A stretch of 64,000 bases of DNA from the human T2T-CHM13v2.0 reference genome, Homo sapiens, in the NCBI RefSeq assembly GCF_009914755.1, contig NC_060941.1; one strand, 5' to 3'. A program made the translations under genes and the position numbers. Under the pieces are notes generated by a model. The model did no database searches and was not told the DNA's origin. It saw only the letters and a program-made list of their open reading frames with translations. Below, piece after piece: positions 16,070-28,891 of the stretch (the stretch's first letter is position 1; each line of letters starts with the position of its first letter).

Positions 16070-17130
16070 AGAGGGTGTGAGCAATTTCAGCGCTCACCTC
16101 GGCCCAAGCAAAGCTCCAGCGGGAGCAATTGAGACCCAGGGACGAAGCTAGGGAGGGCCTGGCAGCCCCCGGCACTGGCCGGCAGGGGTAACCCAGGAAA
16201 AACAGTCTCCTGGCCTCTCGTTACCCGCTTCAGGCCCTCCGCCCTCCCCTGGCCTCTCGGGACGGCCGCGCTTACCTGAACCGAACTGTACGCACAAGCG
16301 CGCTCCTGACTCCAGGTGCACACCGTGGAGGCCTGAAACGAGAGCCATGACCGCGACGCGCTGAACAAACCAAGCCGCCAGTTTTCCGTCCCGTCCCGGC
16401 CCCGGCCCTGGCGAGGTGCGCATGCGCAGGGCCGGGAGCTAGGACCCCGCGGCAGGCGGGCGCGTCCGCGTCGCACGGAAGTCTCGCGATGTTTGCGTTT
16501 GAACCTCTTGGCGGGTGCCGGCCATGGCGGCTTCGCTCCCGGGACCTGGGAGCCGGCTTTTCCGCACATATGGGGCTGCGGACGGCAGGAGACAGCGGCG
16601 GCCGGGCCGGGAAGCCGCGCAGTGGTTCCCGCCGCAGGACCGGAGGCGTTTCTTCAACAGCAGCGGCAGCAGCGACGCCAGCATCGGCGACCCCTCGCAG
16701 TCCGACGATCCTGACGATCCCGACGACCCCGACTTCCCCGGCAGCCCGGTGAGGCGGCGGCGGAGGCGTCCCGGCGGCCGAGTGCCCAAGGACCGGCCCA
16801 GCCTGACCGTGACCCCAAAGCGCTGGAAGCTGCGAGCTCGCCCAAGCCTAACCGTGACCCCAAGACGCCTGGGGCTGCGAGCTCGGCCCCCGCAGAAGTG
16901 CAGCACACCCTGCGGCCCGCTCCGACTTCCGCCCTTCCCCAGCCGCGACTCCGGCCGCCTCAGCCCGGACCTCAGCGTGTGCGGCCAGCCCAGGGACGGC
17001 GACGAGCTGGGCATCAGTGCCTCCCTGTTCAGCTCTCTGGCCTCGCCCTGCCCCGGGTCCCCAACGCCAAGGGACAGTGTCATCTCGATCGGCACCTCCG
17101 CCTGTCTGGTTGCAGCCTCAGCCGTCCCGA
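16070..17130. promoter_or_regulatory. CpG island containing the bidirectional HASPIN / short-ITGAE promoter (core about 16333-16523)
   Basis: Dense CpG. NRF1 palindrome TGCGCATGCGCA 16417-16428; ETS CGGAAGT 16476-16482; TCTCGCGA (BANP/ZBTB33-type) 16482-16489; CHR TTTGAA 16498-16503; E2F-like TTGGCGGG 16508-16515. Confidence 0.9.
16276..16332 (-). CDS. ITGAE: ITGAE exon 27 (ASTVCTWSQERACAYSSVQ), inside the HASPIN CpG island
   Basis: 57 nt; tttcag| acceptor and CAG|GTAAGC donor. Confidence 0.96.
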
Positions 17131-18920
17131 GCGGCCTCCACCTCCCAGAAGTCTCCCTGGACCGAGCATCTCTCCCCTGCTCCCAGGAGGAAGCGACAGG
17201 AGGAGCCAAGGACACCAGGATGGTCCACCAAACCCGCGCCAGCCTCAGGTCAGTTCTCTTTGGCCTTATGAACTCAGGAACCCCTGAGGATTCTGAGTTT
17301 CGGGCAGATGGGAAGAATATGAGAGAGTCCTGCTGTAAAAGGAAACTGGTGGTGGGAAATGGACCAGAGGGTCCAGGTCTGTCAAGCACAGGCAAGAGGA
17401 GGGCCACAGGCCAGGACTCTTGTCAAGAGAGAGGGCTTCAAGAGGCCGTCCGGAGAGAGCATCAGGAGGCCAGTGTTCCCAAGGGCCGCATTGTGCCAAG
17501 GGGAATAGACAGGCTGGAGAGAACTAGATCAAGCCGGAAGAGCAAACATCAGGAGGCAACGGAAACCTCTCTCCTCCATTCCCACCGCTTTAAAAAGGGC
17601 CAAAAGCTGGGAAAAGATTCGTTCCCCACCCAGGACCTGACTCCTTTACAGAATGTCTGCTTTTGGACCAAAACCAGGGCTTCCTTCAGTTTCCACAAGA
17701 AGAAAATTGTGACTGATGTGTCAGAGGTCTGCAGCATCTATACCACTGCCACTTCTCTCTCTGGATCCCTCCTATCAGAATGTTCAAACCGGCCTGTCAT
17801 GAACAGAACAAGTGGTGCTCCGTCCTCTTGGCACTCCTCCTCTATGTATTTGCTAAGCCCCTTAAACACTCTAAGTATTTCAAACAAAAAGGCATCTGAT
17901 GCTGAAAAGGTTTATGGGGAATGCAGTCAGAAGGGTCCTGTCCCCTTTAGCCATTGCCTTCCCACAGAAAAACTGCAACGCTGTGAGAAGATTGGGGAAG
18001 GGGTGTTTGGCGAAGTGTTTCAAACAATTGCTGATCACACACCCGTAGCCATAAAAATCATTGCTATTGAAGGACCAGATTTAGTCAATGGATCCCATCA
18101 GAAAACCTTTGAGGAAATCCTGCCAGAGATCATCATCTCCAAAGAGTTGAGCCTCTTATCCGGTGAAGTGTGCAACCGCACAGAAGGCTTTATCGGGCTG
18201 AACTCAGTGCACTGTGTCCAGGGATCTTACCCTCCCTTGCTCCTCAAAGCCTGGGATCACTATAATTCAACCAAAGGCTCTGCAAATGACCGGCCTGATT
18301 TTTTTAAAGACGACCAGCTCTTCATTGTGCTGGAATTTGAGTTTGGAGGGATTGACTTAGAGCAAATGCGAACCAAGTTGTCTTCCTTGGCTACTGCAAA
18401 GAGCATTCTACACCAGCTCACAGCCTCCCTCGCAGTGGCAGAGGCATCACTGCGCTTTGAGCACCGAGACTTACACTGGGGGAACGTGCTCTTAAAGAAA
18501 ACCAGCCTCAAAAAACTCCACTACACCCTCAATGGGAAGAGCAGCACTATCCCCAGCTGTGGGTTGCAAGTGAGCATCATTGACTACACCCTGTCGCGCT
18601 TGGAACGGGATGGGATTGTGGTTTTCTGTGACGTTTCCATGGATGAGGACCTGTTTACCGGTGACGGTGACTACCAGTTTGACATCTACAGGCTCATGAA
18701 GAAGGAGAATAACAACCGCTGGGGTGAATATCACCCTTATAGTAATGTGCTCTGGTTACATTACCTGACAGACAAGATGCTGAAACAAATGACCTTCAAG
18801 ACTAAATGTAACACTCCTGCCATGAAGCAAATTAAGAGAAAAATCCAGGAGTTCCACAGGACAATGCTGAACTTCAGCTCTGCCACTGACTTGCTCTGCC
18901 AGCACAGTCTGTTTAAGTAA
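16524..18920 (+). CDS. HASPIN: Haspin serine/threonine kinase (histone H3 Thr3 kinase), 798 aa, intronless, nested antisense in ITGAE intron 26
   Basis: Uninterrupted 2397-nt ORF from ATG 16524 (gccATGg Kozak; the track's 16515 start is a GTG). Kinase motifs GEGVFGEV, VAIK, HRDLHWGN and the haspin-specific DYT in place of DFG. N-terminal RTYGA motif. Matches the recalled human protein. Confidence 0.99.
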   Translation: MAASLPGPGSRLFRTYGAADGRRQRRPGREAAQWFPPQDRRRFFNSSGSSDASIGDPSQSDDPDDPDDPDFPGSPVRRRRRRPGGRVPKDRPSLTVTPKRWKLRARPSLTVTPRRLGLRARPPQKCSTPCGPLRLPPFPSRDSGRLSPDLSVCGQPRDGDELGISASLFSSLASPCPGSPTPRDSVISIGTSACLVAASAVPSGLHLPEVSLDRASLPCSQEEATGGAKDTRMVHQTRASLRSVLFGLMNSGTPEDSEFRADGKNMRESCCKRKLVVGNGPEGPGLSSTGKRRATGQDSCQERGLQEAVRREHQEASVPKGRIVPRGIDRLERTRSSRKSKHQEATETSLLHSHRFKKGQKLGKDSFPTQDLTPLQNVCFWTKTRASFSFHKKKIVTDVSEVCSIYTTATSLSGSLLSECSNRPVMNRTSGAPSSWHSSSMYLLSPLNTLSISNKKASDAEKVYGECSQKGPVPFSHCLPTEKLQRCEKIGEGVFGEVFQTIADHTPVAIKIIAIEGPDLVNGSHQKTFEEILPEIIISKELSLLSGEVCNRTEGFIGLNSVHCVQGSYPPLLLKAWDHYNSTKGSANDRPDFFKDDQLFIVLEFEFGGIDLEQMRTKLSSLATAKSILHQLTASLAVAEASLRFEHRDLHWGNVLLKKTSLKKLHYTLNGKSSTIPSCGLQVSIIDYTLSRLERDGIVVFCDVSMDEDLFTGDGDYQFDIYRLMKKENNNRWGEYHPYSNVLWLHYLTDKMLKQMTFKTKCNTPAMKQIKRKIQEFHRTMLNFSSATDLLCQHSLFK

Positions 18921-19135
18921 GCTAAATGTATCTTACTGCCCCGAAATGAGAGGAGACTGGTCTTGAAGCCTCTGGTGCTGTTTCAACCTCCATCCCCACA
19001 GGAGGGTGGAACTCCCATTCTCACAGGTTTCCAGTCAGCTTTTCAAACAAGAATTTTGTTTCCAAATGGAAACTGAAATATTTGTTGAAATGTTTAAATT
19101 TGCTGATAACAAATGTTCTGAAAGAAGTAAACTAG

Positions 19136-19270
19136 CCGGGCACAGTGGCGTGCGCCTGTAGTCCCAGCTACTCGGGAGGCTGAGGCAGGAGGATCGCTTG
19201 AGCCCAAGAGTTCATATCTAGCCTGGTCAACATAGCAAGACCCCTGTCTCTATTTTTTTAAATAAATAAA
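19136..19270 (+). mobile_element. FLAM (free left Alu monomer) in the HASPIN 3' UTR
   Basis: Single Alu monomer with an A-rich tail. Confidence 0.85.
19261..19270 (+). terminator. HASPIN: HASPIN polyadenylation signal (AATAAATAAA) in the tail of a FLAM monomer
   Basis: First AATAAA after the stop at 18920; T-rich sequence follows. Confidence 0.75.
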
Positions 19271-19280
19271 CTACATGTGA

Positions 19281-19632
<352 letters not shown>

Positions 19633-19973
19633 TAATTGTCAGCAGAGTCCTTTCTGTAAATTCCTTTCCGTTTTTTGAGCCTTAACACTTATGTAGTCTG
19701 AGCAAAAAAAAAATGCCCAGGCTTCAGCTTCATACTGAGCAGAGCCTGTTGCTTCAGGTATCAAGGCTAGCTTTGGGAACCAGACTACAGATGAGACAAC
19801 TGAAAGCAAAGAGGCTGAGGCAAAGCAGAGACCAAAAAAGAGTCTCAGGGGAGAAGAAGGGAAGCTAGTAAGCAACTTATAGGGGGCAGTGTAAGAAATG
19901 TCACATGTTACATCGCTCACACAGAGAAGCAGAATTTATCAATTTTCAAAGGGAAAATGTCTCTGTCTACTGA

Positions 19974-20192
<219 letters not shown>

Positions 20193-20506
20193 TAGCCAGG
20201 ATGGTCTCGATCTGCTGACCTTGTGATCCACCCGCCTCGGCCTCCCAAAGTGCTGGGATTACAGGTGTGAGCCACCGCACCTGGCCAATTTTTGCTTATT
20301 TTTCCTCAAAGGGAGGAAAACTGACAGGTTGCTTTAAGAGCTGAGTGATTGAGAGTCCTTCTGAACAGGACTTCGGGAATTTACTCCTAATCTTTTCCCA
20401 TGGTTAACTTGTCTTCACTCTGTTTCTAGAACTCTGGTTTTTATACTTGAGACTCTGTAGTCACTGTGGAAAGAGGTGTGACTGATAAAGAACTGCCTTT
20501 AAATAC

Positions 20507-20614
20507 CTGAGTCCTCGTCAGCTTCTTCACTGCTACAACCTGGAGACCTCGTAATTTGGTTGGGACGCAAATTTGCAACTGGTATTCTGCTCCAAAGAGG
20601 TTCTCCCCATGTAC
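20507..20614 (-). CDS. ITGAE: ITGAE exon 26 (VHGENLFG...LTRTQ)
   Basis: 108 nt, AG/GT bounded. Confidence 0.96.
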
Positions 20615-20692
20615 CTGCAAATTAAAATCAGAGTAGGAAATCAAAGCTGGTATTGCTTTGCCATCTACAGCTTTACAATAATAAGTACTTAC

Positions 20693-20756
20693 ATGGAAGA
20701 GGAATTCTTTGTGGTGAGAAAGCCCCTGGCCTGTGTTCACGTACATTATGGATGGT
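20693..20756 (-). CDS. ITGAE: ITGAE exon 25 (PSIMYVNT...FLFH)
   Basis: 64 nt, phase 2-0. Confidence 0.96.
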
Positions 20757-20939
20757 CTGCAATTGACAGGACATGCGTCAGCCCTTGAGGAGTCTTTCTC
20801 CCTTTTTTGGAGACAGGGTCTCACTCTGTTGCCCAGGCTAGAGCACAGTGGAACAATCATGGCTCAGTGTAGCCTCAACCTCCCAGGCTCAAGTGATCCT
20901 CCACCTCAGCCTGGGAAAGTGTTGGGATGACAGGCATGA

Positions 20940-21077
<138 letters not shown>

Positions 21078-21328
21078 TAAGCCCCCAAGTAGCTGAGATT
21101 ACAGGCGCCTGCCACCACACCTGGCTAATTTTCATATTTTCAGTAGAGACGGGGTTTCGCCATGTTAGCCAGGCTGGTCTTGAACTCCTGACCTCAGGTG
21201 ATCCACCCACCTCAGCCTCCCAAAGTGCTGGGATGACAGGCGTGAGCCACCGCACCTGGCCTTCTCTTTTTGAATGAACTCGACTGCTTTCAACTGAATA
21301 CATTAGGACAGAGGGCACCAGACCTTTA

Positions 21329-21662
<334 letters not shown>

Positions 21663-22066
21663 TCAAAATATAAAGTGGTCGTAGCGCAGTTGGGGTGAGG
21701 TGGAATATTTGAATTCTGTATCGTTGGGCTGGTTCATTTTCTAATTATCCCTCAAATGGCCTTACTCATCCCCTCCTTACTTCCCAGTCCCACAGCTGCC
21801 TTCTTCCCTCCACAGCGTCATATTAATTCCCTTTTGTAGCACGACTAGTTGGCAATACACCTCCTTTGATGACCACAGTGGGGTTTCTGTGACCCAAATG
21901 TTAGCACCCTAGAGATCAATATCAGAGCCTGGGTTCTAAGCAGGCTCCTCTCAGAAGGACAGTGTCCACATTCATCCTGACCACCAGCTCCATCTACGAG
22001 AGAGAGCCCAAAGCTGCCCCCTGGGCGATGGAGTCACACCGCTGCTGGCCTCTTGGGAGTACTCAC

Positions 22067-22144
22067 TTGGACAGAACTGCAACGAAGCCATGCCTGAATT
22101 GAAGGGTGTGGGTCTCGTTGGCCAAAGACCGTCTTTCATTGGAA
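22067..22144 (-). CDS. ITGAE: ITGAE exon 24 (SNERRSLA...VAVLS)
   Basis: 78 nt, phase 2-2. Confidence 0.95.
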
Positions 22145-22204
22145 CTAGGAATAAGAGTGTTAGTTCATAGCACACCTGCTTTGTACATAGCAAGTGCTTC
22201 TTAA

Positions 22205-22420
<216 letters not shown>

Positions 22421-22485
22421 TGATCTGCCTGCCTTGGCCTCCCAAAGTGCTGGGATTACAGGCGTGAGCCACTGCGCCTGGCTAT

Positions 22486-22695
22486 TTTTTTAAGTTCCAG
22501 GGTACATGTGCAGATGTGCAGGTTTGTTACATAGGTGAACGTGTGCCATGGTGCTTTGCTGCAGCTGTCAACCCAGCACCTAGTTACTAAGCCCAACACG
22601 CATTAGCTATTCTTCCTGAAGCTCTCCCCAACCCTGCCCCTCCCACAGGCCCCAGTGTGTGCTGTTCCCCTCCCTGTGTCCATGTGCTCTCACTG
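22486..22695 (-). mobile_element. L1PA 3' end fragment
   Basis: gggtacatgtgcag...gtttgttacataggt...cccctccctgtgtccatgtg. Confidence 0.9.
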
Positions 22696-23139
22696 CAGAA
22701 CAGGTGCTTCTGCACCTGGCTCCCCAGGGTCACTGGGAGTCAGATAAGAAAAGGCTCTCAGAGGCTGGGCGCGGTGGCTCATGCCTGTAATCCCAGTGCT
22801 TTGGGAGGCCAAGGCTGGTGGATCACGAGGTCAGGAGTTCAAGACCAGCTTGGCCAAGATGGTGAAACCCCATCTCTACTAAAACTACAAAAATTAGCTG
22901 GGCGTGGTGGCGGGCGCCTGTAATCCCAGCTACTCGGGAGGCTGAGGCAGAGAACTGCTTGAACCTGGAGGCAGAGGTTGCAGTGAGCCGAGATCACGCC
23001 ACAGCACTCCAGCCTGGGCGACAGAGCGAGACTCTGTCTCAAAAAATAAATAAATAAATAAAAGGCTTTCAGAGATAAGCAATTGGAGTTCAGAATTGTC
23101 TCTAGAAGACCACACTTAGAAGAATACTGATTTTAAAAG

Positions 23140-23343
23140 GGCTTCTCAGCCTCCACACTATTGACGTTTTGGGCCAGTTAGTTCTTGGTTGTGGGGGCTG
23201 TCCTGTACTGCTCTGCGTGATGTTTGGCAGTATTCCTGGCCTCTACCCACCAGATGTCCTACTGAACACCCCCCTCCCCAAGTCATGGCAATCAAAACAG
23301 GCACAGCCTCTGGTGGGCAGAATCACCTCCCTTTGAGAACTCT
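23140..23343. mobile_element. MER20 DNA transposon relic
   Basis: Matches recalled MER20 (actattgac.ttttgggcc..., cctggcctctacccac.agatg). Confidence 0.8.
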
Positions 23344-23692
23344 TCCCAGCAGCGTTCCCCACCTTACCCCCCAACACAGAGGTCTTGCAGATAACATAGC
23401 TATCCCAAGCTATTCCAAAGCTGAGTGAACGAGAACCAGAACTCCAGGGCTCATTCCACCAGGCTGTACCACAGTTTTACTTTGTGTGTGAACAAAAGAA
23501 CATTTTCATTATCTCTGGTAACAAGAAGAGAAAGTCGAGTCCCTGCAGGGAAACAGATGCCTTCTGTGGGCTCACTGGGGTTTCCTTTCTCCCTGGGCTG
23601 TAAGGGGGCCGTTCCTCTCACAGCGTGCATGTGGCAGGGAGATGTCTTCCGGGGTCATAGCCTGACTCTGCTGTGACCCAGGCAGTACTTAC

Positions 23693-23772
23693 TTGGTGAC
23701 AGTCACAGTGATGTCTGCTGTCCTGTTTGGAAAGGCATTCTCCTCTAGCTGCCAAACGACTGAAACATGAGC
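23693..23772 (-). CDS. ITGAE: ITGAE exon 23 (AHVSVVWQ...TVTVT)
   Basis: 80 nt, phase 0-2. Confidence 0.95.
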
Positions 23773-23781
23773 CTATTTTAA

Positions 23782-24231
<450 letters not shown>

Positions 24232-24542
24232 TAAGCCTCAAATACAAATATGGAGTAAGCAAGGCAGGCGGCCTCATTCCCCTTTTACAGGTGAAGAAGC
24301 CACTTCAGAGATTTCCCACAGCACAGAGATGACAAGGGACAGATCAGGGTTAATAACTTTTCGTCTTGGCCGGGCATGGTGGCTCATGCCTGTCATCCCA
24401 GCACTTTGGGAGGTCGAGGCAGGTGGATCACTTGAGGACAGGAGTTTGAGACCAGCCTGGCCAACATGGTGAAACCCTATCTCTACCAAAAATATTTTAA
24501 AAATTAGCCGGGTGTAGTGCTGCACGCCTGTAATCCCAGCTA

Positions 24543-24753
<211 letters not shown>

Positions 24754-24952
24754 CTAGGGCTGTGTACTGGAAAGCTCTCGTCCCCATCACCCCCTACTTT
24801 CAGAGCCAGCTTAGCCACTGTAAGCACTGCTGGGGACACACTGCAGTCAAGCGAAGCGCAAAGCTGGAACCGAGAGATTGAGATGAGACCAAGATGCAGA
24901 AGACGCCAACTGCAGGGTGGTGAGAAGAGCGAATCGGTCCAAACCGACTCAC

Positions 24953-25051
24953 AGATGACCTCTTGAGGACGGGGTGACCAATCCTGCAGTTCATGATCAG
25001 GACAGAAGCAACCGGCTGAGGGTCATCACACTGAATGTTTGGAGAGGGAGG
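24953..25051 (-). CDS. ITGAE: ITGAE exon 22 (PPSPNIQC...LKRSS)
   Basis: 99 nt, AG/GT bounded. Confidence 0.95.
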
Positions 25052-25553
25052 CTGTTAAAAGAGCAGATGACATTCTCTTAAAGAGCCAAACAAAACAAAA
25101 CAAAAACGTGGTTTCCTCACAGCAATTCAGCAAACATTCACTAATTTTTCTGCCTGTCAGACACCCTGCCAGGAGCTAAAGAAATAAAGTCCACTTGGTC
25201 CCTGTCTTCCTCACAAGCCGGACAGGCAGGGTCAGCAGTAGATCCCCGAGGAATTTAAATACAAGGTCGAAGGGGTGCTTCTGTGAGGGAGCTGCAGAGA
25301 ACAGCAGTGGAGAAATATGAATTCCAACTCGGAGGAATTCGTAAGGTCTTCCTGGGGAAGGAGGCATTTGAGCTGGGCCATGGACTGATGCAAATATAAC
25401 CCACAGCCTGGCTGGAAGGCCGGCACACACCAGCACTGCCACGTAGCCACCAGGGCTCCCCACCTGGACCCCCGAGGGGCAGGTGATGACTGCAGTGAGT
25501 TTTCTTAATTCTCCCAGGGACGGTCCATCCCTAGTTCCCCTCTAGATGCCTAG

Positions 25554-25924
<371 letters not shown>

Positions 25925-26632
25925 TGACCGGGGACAAATCTACAGTCCAACAAATTCAAATTTATTGACTCACTGCAATGAGGAAAACTACACTTTGGTT
26001 TTGTTTGTTTGTTTGTTTGTTTTTGAGACAGAGTCCTGCTCTGTTGCCCAGGCTGGAGTGCAGTGGCGCAATCTCAGCTCACTCCAATCTCCACCTCCGG
26101 GTTCAAGTGATTCTCGTGCCTCAGCCTCCCGAGTAGCTGGGATTACAGGTGTACATCACCACACCTGGCTAATTTTTGTATTTTTAGTAGAGACGGGGTT
26201 TTGCCATGTTGGCCAGGCTGGTCTCGAACTCCTGACCTCAGGTGATCCGCCCGCCTCGGCCTCCCAAAGTGCTGGGATTACAGGCATGGGCCACTGCACC
26301 CATCCAAAAACTACACTATTGTGTGTATCACTGAACAATGGAAAAGGCGGTTATTAAAGGACTCCAGGGAAGGGTGGAGTTCAGATGAAATGTAAATAAA
26401 GTCCTGTTTTGATGGTAAAGCAGGGCTGAGTGTCAAGGAGTCAGTCACCAGCAGGCCAGCCTGTGAATCAGACCCAGGGCCCGCTTCCTGGGAAACCATT
26501 AATATGGAGTAGAAAGTTGACAGACACTGTATCTGAAGCTCTCTACCTCAGGTGGAAACAGACTCTTCTCTTGGTCAAAATGACTTACACTCTCCAGGCA
26601 AGAGGGATAGGGGTTCATAATTACTGACGTAA

Positions 26633-26893
<261 letters not shown>

Positions 26894-27400
26894 TGATCCG
26901 CCCGTCTCGGCCTCCCAAAGTGCTGGGATTACAGGTGTGAGCCACCGTTCCCGGCCCAAAGTTTTCTGATCTGTGATTTTAGAGAATAAAATTTCTCAGT
27001 GCAGTGATACTTGTCAGCCACAGGGTGTCCTCGGGAAACAGACTGTTTCCTAGTATCTGTGTCTGTATCCAGCCTTGGGAATGGCAGGGCAGATTTTCAC
27101 TTTCCCAGTCTAAGCTAATTTTTACTTTCTCAGTGTCTTAGGGCATTAGACTCACTTCTCTCTCAGAACCCTGGTGAAGAAAGGGCCGCACATAGGGAGG
27201 GTGGCACTGCAGCAGAATATGGTGCCTCGGGAGGCATGGAGCCGGACTGGCGGGGATTTATCTAGTTATTAACCATCTGTTGGTTGGACCAGGAGGAGGC
27301 TGGAGGCAGGGGTGCCAGTGAGGGGGCCACCACAGAAAAGCAGGCATGCAGCGAGGGAGGGGCGTGAGGGACCTGTTTCCACAGCCACCGTCACAGTCAC

Positions 27401-27533
27401 CTTTTGCATCCTCTTCAACTGCAGGTTTCTGGGGTAATTCAAGGCCATGCTTGTCATGTAGGAATCTTCCCCGGAGTTAGTTAGGTTAATGTTCAGGGTC
27501 AGCTCCTTTGTGAGACCCACCACCAACTCCTGC
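27401..27533 (-). CDS. ITGAE: ITGAE exon 21 (QELVVGLT...KRMQK)
   Basis: 133 nt; calf-domain N-x-GEDSY motif. Confidence 0.96.
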
Positions 27534-27682
27534 CTGCACAGGGTACAGATAAAAATGTTACAGTTTATTTCATCTGTAAAAACCTCAACGCAATACAATA
27601 GGACATTCACCGAGGCTAGAGCGTGGTGCTGTGGTGCAATGATCACGGCTCACCGCAGCCTCCACTTCCTGGGTTCAAGTGA

Positions 27683-28060
<378 letters not shown>

Positions 28061-28786
28061 TAATTTTTGTATTTTTTGTAGAGACAGGGTCTCGCCATGT
28101 GGAGGCGGGTCTTGAACTCCTGGGCTCAAGTGATCCACCTGCCTTGGCCTCCCACAGTGCTGGGATTACAGGTGTAAGCCACCGCACACAGCCCAGAATA
28201 GCACCTTCTTAAGTAACTTCTTAGATAAGTTGCCTAAGGAATACGTTTAGCTTAGACATTCTTCCTCTCAACATAAGCAAACAGCTGGACTGCCACGCCC
28301 ATCTCAGTTGTTGCATGAGATGACGATAATAGCTGCCCTTTATTTAGTGCTTACCATGTGCCAAGGACTGCGTCTCACACGCTCAACCCTCATAGTAACC
28401 CTGTGAAATAGTACAGCTACTCTCCATTTTATAGAAGAGGAAACAGAAGCCAAGACAGGCTAATTACCTGTCATCCCAACACTTTGGGAGGCCGAGGCGG
28501 GTAGATCACCTGAGGTCAGGAGTTCAAGACCAGCCTGGCCAAGATGGTGAAACCCCGTCTCTACTAAAAATACAAAAAGTAGCCGGGTGTGGTGGCAGGT
28601 GCCTGTAATCCCAGCTACTCGGGAGGCTGAGACAGAGAATTGCTTGAACCCGGTAGGGGGAGTTTGCAGAGGGCTGAGATCACGCCACTATACTCCAGCC
28701 TGGGTGACAGCATGAGACTCCATCTCAAAAAAAGAAAAAAAAAATTAGCCAGGTGTGGTGCAGGCACTTGTAATCCCAGCTATTCA

Positions 28787-28891
<105 letters not shown>

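Noticed and set aside
16515-16523. Three-residue N-terminal extension of haspin (801 aa in the track)
   Set aside because: It starts at GTG; the ATG at 16524 has an optimal Kozak context and gives the known 798 aa.
16439-17407. 322-aa minus-strand ORF antisense to HASPIN
   Set aside because: GTG start, no recognisable domain; explained as the shadow of GC-rich coding sequence.
26485-26494. STAT6-type TTCCTGGGAA motif
   Set aside because: A single short motif, expected by chance in 64 kb.
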